Source of the DNA: an uncultured delta proteobacterium
Lineage (GTDB): Bacteria > Desulfobacterota > Binatia > UBA9968
Reading direction: 5' to 3'
Length of the DNA: 64,000 bases
NCBI GenBank assembly: GCA_963745035.1
Contig: CAVUVW010000013.1
Span: 704,001 to 768,000, forward strand
Shown here in pieces: positions 16,843 through 27,319 of this stretch (within the stretch, counting starts at the first letter, position 1; each line of letters begins with the position of its first letter). The notes under the pieces were generated by a model that was not told the origin of the DNA, did no database searches, and saw only the letters and a list, made by a program, of their open reading frames with translations. A program made the position numbers and the translations under genes.

Positions 16843-19370
16843 AAGCGGATCGAGAGCCGCTTCCCGAAGCTCCGCCGGCGGAAATCCGCCGGGCACAAGC
16901 GGAGCGCTTGCTGAAGGTGTGGGAGACGCCGAGCGGCTTGCGCTACTGGTCTTCGGTCAACAACTCCGACGTCGGCGTTTGGTATACCGCCGCGACTTTC
17001 TTTTTCATGTTTTTCGGTGGCGCGCTGGCGCTGCTGATGCGCATCCAGCTCGCCCGGCCGAACAACGATTTTCTTTCCGCCGAGCTTTATAACCAGGCTT
17101 TCACCGTACACGGCTCGGTGATGATGTTTCTATTCGCGATTCCGATCTTCGAAGCGATCGCGGTTTTGTTTCTGCCGCAGATGCTCGGCGCCCGCGATCT
17201 GCCTTTTCCGCGCCTGTCCGCGTTCGGTTTCTGGTGTTTTCTGCTCGGCGGCGTTTTCTTGTGCGGCTCGATATTCTTCAACGCCGCGCCGCGCGGCGGC
17301 TGGTTCATGTATCCGCCGCTCACTTCGACCTACCAGACCGACATCGGCGCGGACATCTGGTTGCTCGGCTTTTCTTTTATTGAAATCGCCGCCATCGCCG
17401 CCGCTGTGGAAATGGTCGTGGGCTCACTCAAGACCCGCCCGCCGGGGATGCGGATCAACCTCGTGCCGCTCTACGTCTGGTACGTGCTCGTGGCGGCGGC
17501 GATGATCGTGTTCGCTTTTCCGCCGCTCATCACCGGCAGCATGCTGTTGGAAATCGAGCGCGCTTTTCATTGGCCGTTTTTCAATCCCGCAGGCGGCGGC
17601 GATCCGCTCCTGTGGCAGCATCTGTTCTGGCTGTTCGGCCATCCGGAAGTGTACATCATCTTTCTGCCTTCGGTGGCACTGATCGCGATGATCGTGCCCA
17701 CGTTCGCGCGCCGGCCCATCGTCGGCTATAGCTGGATCGTGCTGGCCGCGGTGGGCGTCGGATTCCTTAGCTTCGGCCTCTGGGTGCATCACATGTTCAC
17801 CACCGGCTTGCCCGGCATCACCTTGGGCTTGTTCGCGACCGCATCGAAGGCGATCGCACTTCCCACCGGCATCCAGATTTTCTGCTTTATTGCGACCCTG
17901 GCGGCTGGACGAGTAGTGCGCTCGACCGCCATGCTTTATGCCTTCGGCAGCCTGGTGATCTTCGTCCTCGGCGGACTGACCGGCGTCATGGTCGCCGTGG
18001 CGCCATTCAATTTTCAATCGCACGATACGTTTTTTATCGTTGCACATCTGCATTACGTGCTCATCGGCGGCGCGCTCTTTCCCATTCTCGCCGGCTGCTA
18101 TTACTACTATCCGCTCGTCACCGGCAAAATGCTCAGCGACAAACTGGGAAAGATCGCCTTCTGGCTTGCGTTCGTCGGCTTCAACGTCGCGTTCCTGCCC
18201 ATGCACTGGACCGGCCTGCGAGGCATGCCGCGGCGCGTCTTCACGTATCCTGCCGGGATTGGCTTCGACACATTAAACCTTATCTCCACGATCGGCGCTT
18301 TCATCCTCGCAGCGGGACTTGTAGTGGTTCTCTGGGACATGGTCCGGCCCAAGCGAAAGCAGCCGCATGCGAAGCGCAATCCTTGGGACGCCGGCACCAT
18401 CGATTGGGTGCAAGAGATGCCCGGCCAACCTTGGGGTATTCGCTCCATCCCGGAGATCGACAGCCGCTACCCGCTGTGGGACCAGCCCAATTTCATGCGC
18501 GACATCGACGAGGGGCGTTTCTTCCTGCCGGATGCCGAGGAAGGAAGGCGCGAAACGATTATCACTTCGGTCATTGACGCCGAACCGCAACAATGCCAGC
18601 GGCTGCCCAGTTCGTCGTTTATAACCATGTGGGCCGCGCTCACCACTGGCGGCTTTTTTATTTTCGGCACATTTCATTGGTGGTGGCCCGCGCTCGCGAG
18701 CCTCGTGATCGCACTCGCCGTGATCATTTACTGGCTCTGGACGGGAACCGCCCTCATACCCGAGAAGGAAGACGAAGTTCGTCGGACTCGGCTTGACCTT
18801 GCCGCTCTACGTCTCGGGCCGCAGTCGGTCGGCTGGTGGGCGATGTTCATCACGATGCTGGCGATCCTGGCGGCGTTCGTTTCGCTCATCTTCGGTTATT
18901 TCTTTTTCTGGACCGTGCGCGCTGATTTTCCCCCGAAGCCGTTTCCCGGGCCGGGGCTTTTCTGGCCGCTTGTCGGCGCGGCACTGATACTCACCGCGTG
19001 GTCGCTAACGTTGCTCGCGCGGCGATGGAATCGTTCCGACAACTCCTATCTATTCTACTCCGGATCTCTTATTGCAGTTGCGGCGGGATTGGCCGGAGCG
19101 GCGGCGCTGATCGCGGCGCCCTGGGTTAGCGATCTCGACCCGAAGAGCCACGTCTATCCCGCAATGGTGTGGCTGATCATGATCTGGACCGCCGGTCAAA
19201 TTGGGGTGGGATCGATCATGCAGCTTTATTGCATCGCGCGCAGGTTGGCGGGTCGCATGACTGCGCGCTACGACATCGATATTCACAACGTCGCGCTCTA
19301 TTGGCACTTCACCGCATTCACCGCGGTGATCGCGGTGGCGGTCATCACCGGATTTCCGCTGGCGGCATAA
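16839..19370 (+). CDS. ctaD: Cytochrome c oxidase subunit I with C-terminal subunit-III-like extension
   Basis: HGSVMMF, GHPEVY, VHHMF, AHLHYV and GMPRR; C-terminal LYWHF. A probable compensating indel pair at about 18770-18820 puts LTLPLYVSG in another frame. Confidence 0.92.
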   Translation: MKADREPLPEAPPAEIRRAQAERLLKVWETPSGLRYWSSVNNSDVGVWYTAATFFFMFFGGALALLMRIQLARPNNDFLSAELYNQAFTVHGSVMMFLFAIPIFEAIAVLFLPQMLGARDLPFPRLSAFGFWCFLLGGVFLCGSIFFNAAPRGGWFMYPPLTSTYQTDIGADIWLLGFSFIEIAAIAAAVEMVVGSLKTRPPGMRINLVPLYVWYVLVAAAMIVFAFPPLITGSMLLEIERAFHWPFFNPAGGGDPLLWQHLFWLFGHPEVYIIFLPSVALIAMIVPTFARRPIVGYSWIVLAAVGVGFLSFGLWVHHMFTTGLPGITLGLFATASKAIALPTGIQIFCFIATLAAGRVVRSTAMLYAFGSLVIFVLGGLTGVMVAVAPFNFQSHDTFFIVAHLHYVLIGGALFPILAGCYYYYPLVTGKMLSDKLGKIAFWLAFVGFNVAFLPMHWTGLRGMPRRVFTYPAGIGFDTLNLISTIGAFILAAGLVVVLWDMVRPKRKQPHAKRNPWDAGTIDWVQEMPGQPWGIRSIPEIDSRYPLWDQPNFMRDIDEGRFFLPDAEEGRRETIITSVIDAEPQQCQRLPSSSFITMWAALTTGGFFIFGTFHWWWPALASLVIALAVIIYWLWTGTALIPEKEDEVRRTRLDLAALRLGPQSVGWWAMFITMLAILAAFVSLIFGYFFFWTVRADFPPKPFPGPGLFWPLVGAALILTAWSLTLLARRWNRSDNSYLFYSGSLIAVAAGLAGAAALIAAPWVSDLDPKSHVYPAMVWLIMIWTAGQIGVGSIMQLYCIARRLAGRMTARYDIDIHNVALYWHFTAFTAVIAVAVITGFPLAA

Positions 19371-19411
19371 AAACAATTTTAAGAAAACAGCGTCGCGCGA
19401 GCGAATACCTG

Positions 19412-19795
19412 ATGGCGACAACTTATCTGTCCGAGCAAAATGAAAGTCTACTGTTCATGGTCGCCGGCCCGATCACTTGGGCCGCGCACTTCTTGCTTTC
19501 CTACGGCACCGCCGCAATCTGGTGCGCCAAGGTCGTTGGACCCGGAGGTTCACTCGCCACCGTTCGCATGGCGATCTTTTTCTACTCGTTGGCGGCGCTT
19601 GTCATCGTCGGGGTCGTTGGCTGGATCGGCAAACGCCGGCACAGTTACGGAGTGGCCGAATTGCCGCACGACGACGACACGCCCGAAGATCGTCATCGCT
19701 TCCTGGGATTTGCCACGCTGCTCCTGTCAGCGTTGAGCGGCGTGGCGATCATTTATGAAGCGCTCGTCATTGTTTTTATCGACCGGTGTACCTGA
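19412..19795 (+). CDS. Small membrane protein of the cox operon
   Basis: Three hydrophobic segments (WAAHFLLSYG...RFLGFATLL). Confidence 0.7.
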   Translation: MATTYLSEQNESLLFMVAGPITWAAHFLLSYGTAAIWCAKVVGPGGSLATVRMAIFFYSLAALVIVGVVGWIGKRRHSYGVAELPHDDDTPEDRHRFLGFATLLLSALSGVAIIYEALVIVFIDRCT

Positions 19796-20436
19796 TGCGC
19801 CGCGTAAGTTTTTTGCTGGGACTCATCACGCTTGCCGCCGCCTGGCTCGGGCCGCTGCCGGTGTTGGCGCGGGAATTTTTCTCCGCGCACATGACGATGC
19901 ACATGGCGGTGGTCGCGGTGGCCTCGCCGCTGCTGGCACTCGCGCTCGGCGGAGGGCCGTTCGATCCCGCGCGCAAAGCGCCGCATTGGTTTGCGCCGAT
20001 CCAGGCTTCCATGGCGGAGCTTGTCGTAGTCTGGGCTTGGCATGCGCCCGCGCTCCATCATGCGGCGCGCCATCACGGCGCAGCGCTCATCGCCGAGCAG
20101 GGAATGTTTTTCGCCGCCGGCCTTTTCCTTTGGCTGTCCGCTTTTGGCGGCGATGATGGCGCCGCTGGAAAGCGCAGCGCCGCGGGAATCGTCGGACTTC
20201 TGCTCACTGCCATGCACATGACTTTGCTCGGCGCGCTTCTCGCGCTTTCGCCGCGCCCGCTTTATGCACATTTTCAGGAACGTGCAACTGGATTCGCCGC
20301 CCTTACGCCGCTCGACGATCAACATCTCGGCGGCGCGATCATGCTCGTCGTCGGCGGCGCCTCCTACCTCGCCGGCGGTCTTTGGCTGACCCTCCGGCTT
20401 TTGCGCGGACCTTCATTCGTGCCGAGGCGTTCATGA
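19786..20436 (+). CDS. Cytochrome c oxidase assembly factor, caa3-type CtaG family
   Basis: FSAHMTMHM, WAWHAP and DQHLGGAIM motifs. Confidence 0.8.
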   Translation: MYLMRRVSFLLGLITLAAAWLGPLPVLAREFFSAHMTMHMAVVAVASPLLALALGGGPFDPARKAPHWFAPIQASMAELVVVWAWHAPALHHAARHHGAALIAEQGMFFAAGLFLWLSAFGGDDGAAGKRSAAGIVGLLLTAMHMTLLGALLALSPRPLYAHFQERATGFAALTPLDDQHLGGAIMLVVGGASYLAGGLWLTLRLLRGPSFVPRRS

Positions 20437-21679
20437 GCCGCATGCTGAGAAATATTTTCTTAGTCGGGATTTTCGGCGCGGCCACGCTGCGCGCGCTGGT
20501 GCGCTCCCTTCGGCCGCACATCTGAAGGGGCAAGTAAGACGCATCCCCATCGCAACGGCGCGCACGGCAACGCCAAACGCGCCGCATGGACGATCGCGGC
20601 GTTTCTCGCCGTTGTCGTTGTCGGTGGCCTACTAACGGTCGTCGGCGGGCTCGTACCGATCAAAGCCAGCTCGGGCCATTGGACCATCACGGCGGCGCTG
20701 TTGAACTTTACCATGCGCCGGTCTGTGATCATGCACTCGCTGGGAATCGAAACGCCGCCGCTCAACGACCGCGCGCTTGTCTTGAAAGGAGCAGGCCATT
20801 ACGAAATCGGCTGTAGTCCCTGCCATGGCAGTCCGGCGCTGCGCCAACCGGTTATCGTCCTGGCGATGACCCCACATCCGCCGGAGCTTTCCAAAGAAAT
20901 CCCCAAGTGGCGCCCCCGGGAGCTTTTCTACATTGTAAAGCACGGCGTGAAATTCACCGGCATGCCGGCGTGGCCGGCGCAGGAACGCGATGACGAAGTC
21001 TGGGCGATGGTGGCGTTTCTCCGCACGTTGCCGAAGCTCAGCGCCGCTGAATATCAACGCTTGATCCGCGACGATGCCGGGACCACAGGCGCCAATGCCA
21101 CCACTGGAATTCTATCGCGCACAACCGATGTTGCTCGCCTGGTGAACGACAACTGCTCGATGTGTCACGGCAGCGAGGGCGACGGTCGCGATTCGAGCGC
21201 CTTTCCGAAAATTGCCGGGCAAAAGCCCAACTACTTCTATCTGAGTATGCAAGCTTATGCGCGCGGTCAACGGAACAGCGGCATCATGGAGCCGATTGCC
21301 GCAGGCGCTGCATCCCGAGATCATGCGCGACCTCGCCCGCTACTACGCCGAGCGCAAACAGTCAAATCCCTCCGCGCGGAAATCACATGACGCCGCGGCG
21401 ATCGCGCGCGGCAAGCAGATCGCGGGACACGGCATTCCGAGCCAACGCGTGCCTATCTGTGCTGAGTGTCACGGTCCGGGCCCCGATCCCCGAAACCCGA
21501 ATTATCCCGAGCTTGCCGGACAATACGCCGAGTATCTGGTATTGCAGCTCACGCTTTTCAAAAACCAGCAGCGCGGCGGCACCGCGAATGCGCACCTTAT
21601 GCGCCGGGTCGCGCACGGACTAACCGCCGAGCAGATGAGGGACGTGGCGAGTTATTACGAGTCCCTGCCGTCAAGCTAG
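20433..21679 (+). CDS. Membrane-anchored tri-heme c-type cytochrome (c4-like), frameshifted near 20500 and 21300
   Basis: CSPCH, CSMCH and CAECH across ORFs 20701..21390 and 21257..21679; an N-terminal TM segment is in frame upstream of 20701; start inferred from the ATGA overlap. Confidence 0.75.
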
Positions 21680-21715
21680 ACATCAGCGTTGGGCGAGAAA
21701 AACATCGAGACCGCT

Positions 21716-22501
21716 TCAATACAATTCGCCTTCGCCCTTTTTCTCCTCCCTAGGCCTCCAGCGCAAAAGGTAGTTTTCGGCGCGGTCGATCGCTTCGTTG
21801 CAGATAACGACGACGAGCGCGAGGATGAGAATTCCACCCAGCGCGCCGGTGGTCGAGAACAGCGACGTGTTGTGGTTGATAAGATAGCCCAGCCCCTTGC
21901 TTGCGGCGATGAATTCGCCGACCACGGCGGCGACAATGGCGTAAGGCAGGCTGATCTTCAAACCCGTGGTGATCCAAGGCACGATCGCCGGCAAGGTAAC
22001 CTTCATCAGAATCTGCCGTTCGGTGGCGCCCATGATGCGCAGGATATTTTTCAGCTCCGCGTCCACGCCCTTGACGCCGGCGTAGGTGTTGAAGAAGGTC
22101 AAGAAGAACACCACGCTGATGACGAGAATGACTTTGGAGGTCGGCCCGATGCCGAACCAGATGATGAACAGCGGCGCCAGCGCGATGCGCGGTATGCCGT
22201 TGAAAGCGACGACATAGGGATCGAGGATCTGCGCCAGCATTTCACGCCGGCCGAGAGCGAAGCCCAAGCCGATCCCGAAAAGCGCGCCGATGAAAAACCC
22301 GGCGAAGGTTTCGTAAAGCGTGATGCCGAGATGGCCGAAGATCGAGCCGTCCGCGAAGACTTCGTAAATATAGACAAACACCTTGGACGGGCTCGATACC
22401 CAGAAAGGATCGATCAATCTTCCTGAGCTGAACTCCCAGAACGCCAGGAGCAGCAGACCGAAGATCAGCCGGTAGACAAACAGTCGTCCGCGGCCGATCA
22501 T
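21716..22501 (-). CDS. ABC transporter permease, SsuC/TauC type
   Basis: PRIALAPLFIIWFG and VVGEFIAASKGLG motifs. Confidence 0.9.
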   Translation of the reverse strand: MIGRGRLFVYRLIFGLLLLAFWEFSSGRLIDPFWVSSPSKVFVYIYEVFADGSIFGHLGITLYETFAGFFIGALFGIGLGFALGRREMLAQILDPYVVAFNGIPRIALAPLFIIWFGIGPTSKVILVISVVFFLTFFNTYAGVKGVDAELKNILRIMGATERQILMKVTLPAIVPWITTGLKISLPYAIVAAVVGEFIAASKGLGYLINHNTSLFSTTGALGGILILALVVVICNEAIDRAENYLLRWRPREEKKGEGELY

Positions 22502-23511
22502 TTGCCCAGGAACTCGTTGGTGACCAGCTCGGCGTAGGACGTGCGCTTCTTCAAGATTCCCGCCTGTTCCAGTATGTCCTGGGTCACTTGAAAGCTTCGC
22601 TCCGTGGTGCGGCCGTCCGGGCTAAGCGCCGGCAGCACGGCGGCGGCGCCGGACAGGAGCAACTCCGGCGGTGTTTTTCCCAGCGCCGGCTTCAGCGCCT
22701 CGGCGAGCTGCTCGGGCGTGCTCTTGAGCGCCCATTGATTGGCCCGCACCAGCGCGCGCACCATGCGCCGCACTAAATCCGGATCCTTGGCCACCGTCTC
22801 GGGACGCGCGACGAGATTCTCCATGAGGAATTCCGGTATCGAGGGATCCTCGCCTTTCGCATTATTGATGAACATGATCGCAAAGCCGCGGCTGATCGCC
22901 GTTTCCGGCACCGGCGGCGCAGTCAGAGCGACGTCCACTTTGCGATTCTCGAGAGCGGCGAGCCAGGTCGGTCCGGCTCCGATGGGAATGATCTGCACGT
23001 CTTGCTGCGGCGTGTAGCCGGCTTTGCGAATGACAAACGCGGCGAGATGCGCTGTCAGAGCGCCGGGGTTGGTGACGCCAACGGTCAATCCCTTGAGCAA
23101 TTTGATCTTGTCGGCGAGCGGCATGGATTCGCTGACGTTCTTCGCCTTGGCCGCTTCGCGGTGCATCGCCCAATTGATAAAAACTTTGTTGAGGCCGCTC
23201 ATGACCATCAGCAGACGTTTCCCCTCTTGGTGCGCGAGGATCACGTTGTCGCCGGTGGTGAAGCTGAATTCCACGTCGCCGGCGATGAGCGCCCGGATGT
23301 CGGGTCCGCCGCCGCCCGTCGACGTGATATCCGGATCGAGCTTCTCATCGGCAAAAAAGCCCCTGCTCTGGGCAACGTAAACCGGCGTCATCGAGTGCGC
23401 CACGACGGGAATCGTCATTTTCACCTTGCGCGGCGCTTGCGCGCCCGCGGGCGTCGCGCACCAGGCAATGGAGCAACTTATTGCGAGGACGATTCGCATG
23501 AACGGTCTCAT
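22498..23511 (-). CDS. ABC transporter substrate-binding protein, NMT1/SsuA-like
   Basis: Own RBS (AAGGAG) and signal peptide MRPFMRIVLAIS...AGA; forms the C-terminal part of the 603-aa ORF. Confidence 0.85.
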   Translation of the reverse strand: MRPFMRIVLAISCSIAWCATPAGAQAPRKVKMTIPVVAHSMTPVYVAQSRGFFADEKLDPDITSTGGGGPDIRALIAGDVEFSFTTGDNVILAHQEGKRLLMVMSGLNKVFINWAMHREAAKAKNVSESMPLADKIKLLKGLTVGVTNPGALTAHLAAFVIRKAGYTPQQDVQIIPIGAGPTWLAALENRKVDVALTAPPVPETAISRGFAIMFINNAKGEDPSIPEFLMENLVARPETVAKDPDLVRRMVRALVRANQWALKSTPEQLAEALKPALGKTPPELLLSGAAAVLPALSPDGRTTERSFQVTQDILEQAGILKKRTSYAELVTNEFLGK

Positions 23512-23525
23512 GGAAAGTCTCCTTT

Positions 23526-24303
23526 CTACGCTTCTGTCAATTTTACTTCCGGGCGGAGTTCCTGCCACAACCTCTCGTAGGACGAATGAAACTCCGGGCT
23601 GTCGTGGATCTGAAACACGTCCCGCGGCCGTGGAATGGCCACTTGTTCGATGAACTTGATCCGCCCCGGCCGCGAGGACATGAGCACCACCCGATCCGCC
23701 AGCGCAATCGCTTCGATCAAGTCGTGAGTAATGAAGATGATCGTTTTCTTGGATGCCGACCAGAGTTTCAAAAGCTGGTCCTGCAATACGATGCGCGTCT
23801 GCGCGTCGAGCGGGCCGAACGGCTCGTCCATCAAGATCAGCTCGGGATCGTAGATCAACGTGCGGATGATATTGGCGCGCTGGCGCATGCCGCCGGAAAG
23901 CTCGTGCGGGTAATGCTCCTCGAAGCCGCTCAATCCGACTCGTTCGATGATATTCGCGCGCCCGCGCTCTGCGCTCGGCGCCATCGACGCCTCTGATTTC
24001 CAGCGCGATCCCGACGTTCTCGACTAACGTGCGCCACGGCAGAAGATTGTCCTTTTGGGTGACGTAGCCGATCTTCGTGCAGATTCCCTCGATCGGCGCG
24101 CCGTGAAAACTGATCCGGCCGCTGCTTGCGCGCAGCAGGCCCACTATCAAGTTCAGCATCGTCGATTTGCCGCACCCCGATGGACCGACGATGGTGACGA
24201 ACTCGCCTTCGGCGATGTCGAGATTGATCGAGTCTAGGGCGACAACTCTGCGGCCGCGCGCGAAGTATTCTTTACCGACGCCCTCGATGGACAGCAATGC
24301 CAC
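23526..24303 (-). CDS. ABC transporter ATP-binding protein, SsuB/TauB type, frameshifted near 23955
   Basis: Walker A GPSGCGKS in one frame; LSGGMRQR and LMDEPF in ORF 23526..23984. Confidence 0.85.
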
Positions 24304-24311
24304 AAACAAAC

Positions 24312-25307
24312 CTACGGCGTGATCCGCGCGATCGAGGCGCCGATGCCGTCGAGCGCGGTTTTGCCGTTGGCGTCCATGTTATCGCGCCGCGGTGTGTCGA
24401 AGTTCGCGACATAGCCCGTGTCACCGACAAAAACGATTGCCGACGGAAATTCGAGCGGCCCTTGGCCGCTGTTTTTGGCCACTTCCCGGACCGTCCCATC
24501 CGGCGTGACTGTGAGCAACGCGTTGCGCTCGTTGGCCGTCACCCACAGATTCCCGCTTCGATCGAAAGCCAATCCGTCAGCGCCTTCCAGCAGCGGACTC
24601 TGGGCAAGCAGTAACGGCTTGCCGCCCTTGCCATCGGACCCTATCTCTACTTTCCAAACCGCGCCGCGCGATGTGTCGGCGACGTGGAGCACGCCGTTAC
24701 GGTCGATCTCCAGACCATTCGCAGTGATCGCCTGCTGGGTCTTGCCGTCCGGAAGCGTGCGAGAATTCTTATCGATTTGGACCGCCTGCTGCGCAGCACC
24801 GCCATTTGCCCCTACCCGGTAAACAATTCCGCTGCCGCCGCCGGACACGAAAAGATTTCCTTGTCGGTCAAAGACGATACCGTTGGCTCCCGGCGTGCCG
24901 GTTGCGAATGTTTGCGCCGATCCCGGCTTGCCAGGATTGAGTTCGCTTGCCCTGATGTGCACGACTTCGGCAAACGGGCCCACCGCGACAAAAAGATCGC
25001 CCTGCGGGTTGAAGGCTATGCCCGACGGTTCGGCGTTGACTTTCTTGCCTTTGATTTCCCGCGCCTCGATCCGGCCGACCACTGTCGGTTTGGGCGACTT
25101 GGGATCGACTCGAAGAATGTTACCCGTCACACGATCGGGAAGATAAAGCATACCGTTTCGGTCGGCGGCGATGCTTTCGACGATCACGGTCCGGTCCGCG
25201 CTCACCGGGTCGAGATCAACGAGTACCGAAGGCGCCGACCTTCCAGCCTGCATGGTGGAGCAAGCGCCGAGAACCAGAGCGAGCACAAGTATCAGGAAGA
25301 CTTTCAT
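24312..25307 (-). CDS. SMP-30/gluconolactonase/LRE family beta-propeller lipoprotein
   Basis: Lipobox LGAC; repeated NGIVFD, NGLEID and DGLAFD blades. Confidence 0.8.
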   Translation of the reverse strand: MKVFLILVLALVLGACSTMQAGRSAPSVLVDLDPVSADRTVIVESIAADRNGMLYLPDRVTGNILRVDPKSPKPTVVGRIEAREIKGKKVNAEPSGIAFNPQGDLFVAVGPFAEVVHIRASELNPGKPGSAQTFATGTPGANGIVFDRQGNLFVSGGGSGIVYRVGANGGAAQQAVQIDKNSRTLPDGKTQQAITANGLEIDRNGVLHVADTSRGAVWKVEIGSDGKGGKPLLLAQSPLLEGADGLAFDRSGNLWVTANERNALLTVTPDGTVREVAKNSGQGPLEFPSAIVFVGDTGYVANFDTPRRDNMDANGKTALDGIGASIARITP

Positions 25308-25378
25308 TAGACCTCCTTCTACGAACCACTCTTGGATGTTTTCGGAATGACTGGACGGGAAGGCTTATCGCGTCGGCG

Positions 25379-26359
25379 CTAAAGTTTCAAGGCTTGCTTC
25401 GCGTTGGCGCCAAGAACAAGCTCCCGATCCTCCGCCGACAATTTCACCTCGCTAATTTTGGTTACGGGATCGCAATCACCCATGGCCATTGGATAGTCCG
25501 TGCCGATCACCACCCGGTCGGCGCCGACGACTTTGAGCAAATAGTCCAACGCTCTCACCGAATGAACGATGGTGTCGAAATAAAGGCTCTTCAAATATTC
25601 GGACGGTTTTCGCGGAACGGTCTTTTTCAATTCGGGCCGCAATCGGTAGGAATGATCGAGGCGCCAGATATTGAAGGCGAGCAAGCCGCCGCCATGGGAC
25701 AGACACAAGCGGAGGTTCGGATACTTCTCGAACATTCCCGTCAAGATCATGCGCTCAACCATCATGGTCGTGCGGAAGGTAAACTGCAGCACGTTGCCGA
25801 GCACCGGCGACAGCGGGTCATCAGCATCGAGCCCGCCCTCCAGCGGATGGACGAACAGCAACATGCCGAGCCGCTGCGCCACTTCGAAAAATGGCTCTAA
25901 GCTTGGATCGTCGAGCGGCTTGTCGCCAACTGCATTGCCGATTTCCAGTCCGCGCAGGCCCATGGCCTTGGCTTCTTCCGCGATGGCGATGGATTCCGAA
26001 ACGCTTTGCAGCGGCACGCTGCCGAAGCCGACGAAGCGATCCGGGTGTTTTTGCACGATCGCCTGAATCGCCTCGTTTTGCTTGCGCGTGAAGTGCGCGG
26101 CGACCGCCGGCTCCTCCCAGTAAAAGAGCAGGATTGGCGACGGCGAGATCGCCTGCAAATCGATCTGCATCTCATCCAGCGCCTTAATCCGTGCCAGCGG
26201 ATCGTAAGCGCCAGCGCCGAGGCCCGGGCGGAAACCGATTTGCGACCGAACGGAGAGTTTGCCGCCATTCAATACGATCTCCGGCGCACGGTCTTCATAC
26301 TTGCCGGGATTTTGCAATGCGTCCACTGGAAAGAAATGGGAATGCAGATCGATGTTCAT
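25379..26359 (-). CDS. Amidohydrolase_2 family protein, ACMS decarboxylase-like
   Basis: IDLHSH, LFVHP, SHGGG and IGTDYP motifs. Confidence 0.85.
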   Translation of the reverse strand: MNIDLHSHFFPVDALQNPGKYEDRAPEIVLNGGKLSVRSQIGFRPGLGAGAYDPLARIKALDEMQIDLQAISPSPILLFYWEEPAVAAHFTRKQNEAIQAIVQKHPDRFVGFGSVPLQSVSESIAIAEEAKAMGLRGLEIGNAVGDKPLDDPSLEPFFEVAQRLGMLLFVHPLEGGLDADDPLSPVLGNVLQFTFRTTMMVERMILTGMFEKYPNLRLCLSHGGGLLAFNIWRLDHSYRLRPELKKTVPRKPSEYLKSLYFDTIVHSVRALDYLLKVVGADRVVIGTDYPMAMGDCDPVTKISEVKLSAEDRELVLGANAKQALKL

Positions 26360-26464
26360 AGCTCGCCTGATAATCTCGGATCGCTCAATTTGTGGGACGT
26401 CTGTAATTACCATAATGTCCGGTCAACAAACTACCGGCGCAGCAATGTCGACGCAGCCATTAGA

Positions 26465-26493
26465 TTGACAACCCCGGGGGCCGTCGATAGACT
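26465..26493 (+). promoter_or_regulatory. Sigma70-type promoter
   Basis: TTGACA-N17-TAGACT upstream of the cupin gene. Confidence 0.6.
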
Positions 26494-26556
26494 TCAAGCG
26501 GTTTTCACCGCGGGTGAACGCACGTTGATGGATCAAAACTTAAGGAGCTTAGCGCG

Positions 26557-26919
26557 ATGATCTTATCGAAGAATTCAGACGTCAAAGGAATCGTGGTGAA
26601 GGCCATTGAAGGCAAGCCCATGTACGGCGGCGATCTGGTCGTCAAGCCTTTGATCAAGGGCGACGAGATGACATTTTTGGAAATCCACTACACTCCGGGC
26701 GTGGGCGCGCCGCTCCACGTGCACTCTCATGAGTCACTCGCCTATGTCGTCAAAGGCAAAGTCAAAATGACCGTAGGCAAGGAAGAATATATCCTTGGCC
26801 CCGGCGATGTTTGCCGTCATCCCAAGGGCGTGCCGCACGGGGTCGAAGGCATCGAAGAATCCATCGTTGTGGAGATCAAATCCCCCGCGCCGGATATCTC
26901 GAGTTTTCTGGGCATGTAA
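26557..26919 (+). CDS. Cupin domain protein
   Basis: PLHVHSHE and HPKGVPHG motifs. Confidence 0.85.
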   Translation: MILSKNSDVKGIVVKAIEGKPMYGGDLVVKPLIKGDEMTFLEIHYTPGVGAPLHVHSHESLAYVVKGKVKMTVGKEEYILGPGDVCRHPKGVPHGVEGIEESIVVEIKSPAPDISSFLGM

Positions 26920-26954
26920 TCGCGTTGCACAACACTGACGAGGAGACTGGAAGA

Positions 26955-27308
26955 ATGGCCGGCAAAGCGAAGTATTTGATGATCGCGAGCATGGATGTGG
27001 ATCCGGAGCACGAAACCATCTTTAACGAAGTCTATGACAAGGAGCACGTGCCCAACTTGAGCAAAGTGCCGGGAGTTGTCGGCATCACCCGCTACAAGCG
27101 CGGCACACTCACCATGAATATCGGCGGCGAGCGCAAAACGATCGAGATTCCCAACGAGCCGACCTTTACGGCCATCTATGAATTGGAAAGTCCCGATGTA
27201 CTCACCAGTCCGGCTTGGGACAAAGCAATCGAAGAAGGCCGCTGGCCGAGCCAAGTCCGGCCGTTCACCAAGAATCGCCGGCACGTGCTGCTGAAAATCA
27301 TGGACTGA
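26955..27308 (+). CDS. EthD/DUF4286-like dimeric alpha-beta barrel protein
   Basis: FNEVYDKEHVPNL...VPG and AIYELES pattern; RBS GAGGAG. Confidence 0.65.
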   Translation: MAGKAKYLMIASMDVDPEHETIFNEVYDKEHVPNLSKVPGVVGITRYKRGTLTMNIGGERKTIEIPNEPTFTAIYELESPDVLTSPAWDKAIEEGRWPSQVRPFTKNRRHVLLKIMD

Positions 27309-27319
27309 CTAAGCAACCC

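Noticed and set aside
20433-20525. TGA at 20523 as a second Sec codon or a separate 30-aa peptide
   Set aside because: Read-through meets TAA within four codons, no redox motif is present, and the cytochrome N-terminus lies in another frame; a frameshift explains it.
22498-24309. 603-aa apparent fusion of an ABC ATPase to a substrate-binding protein
   Set aside because: A frameshift near 23955 joins the ATPase N-terminus to the next gene's frame; the binding protein has its own RBS and signal peptide.
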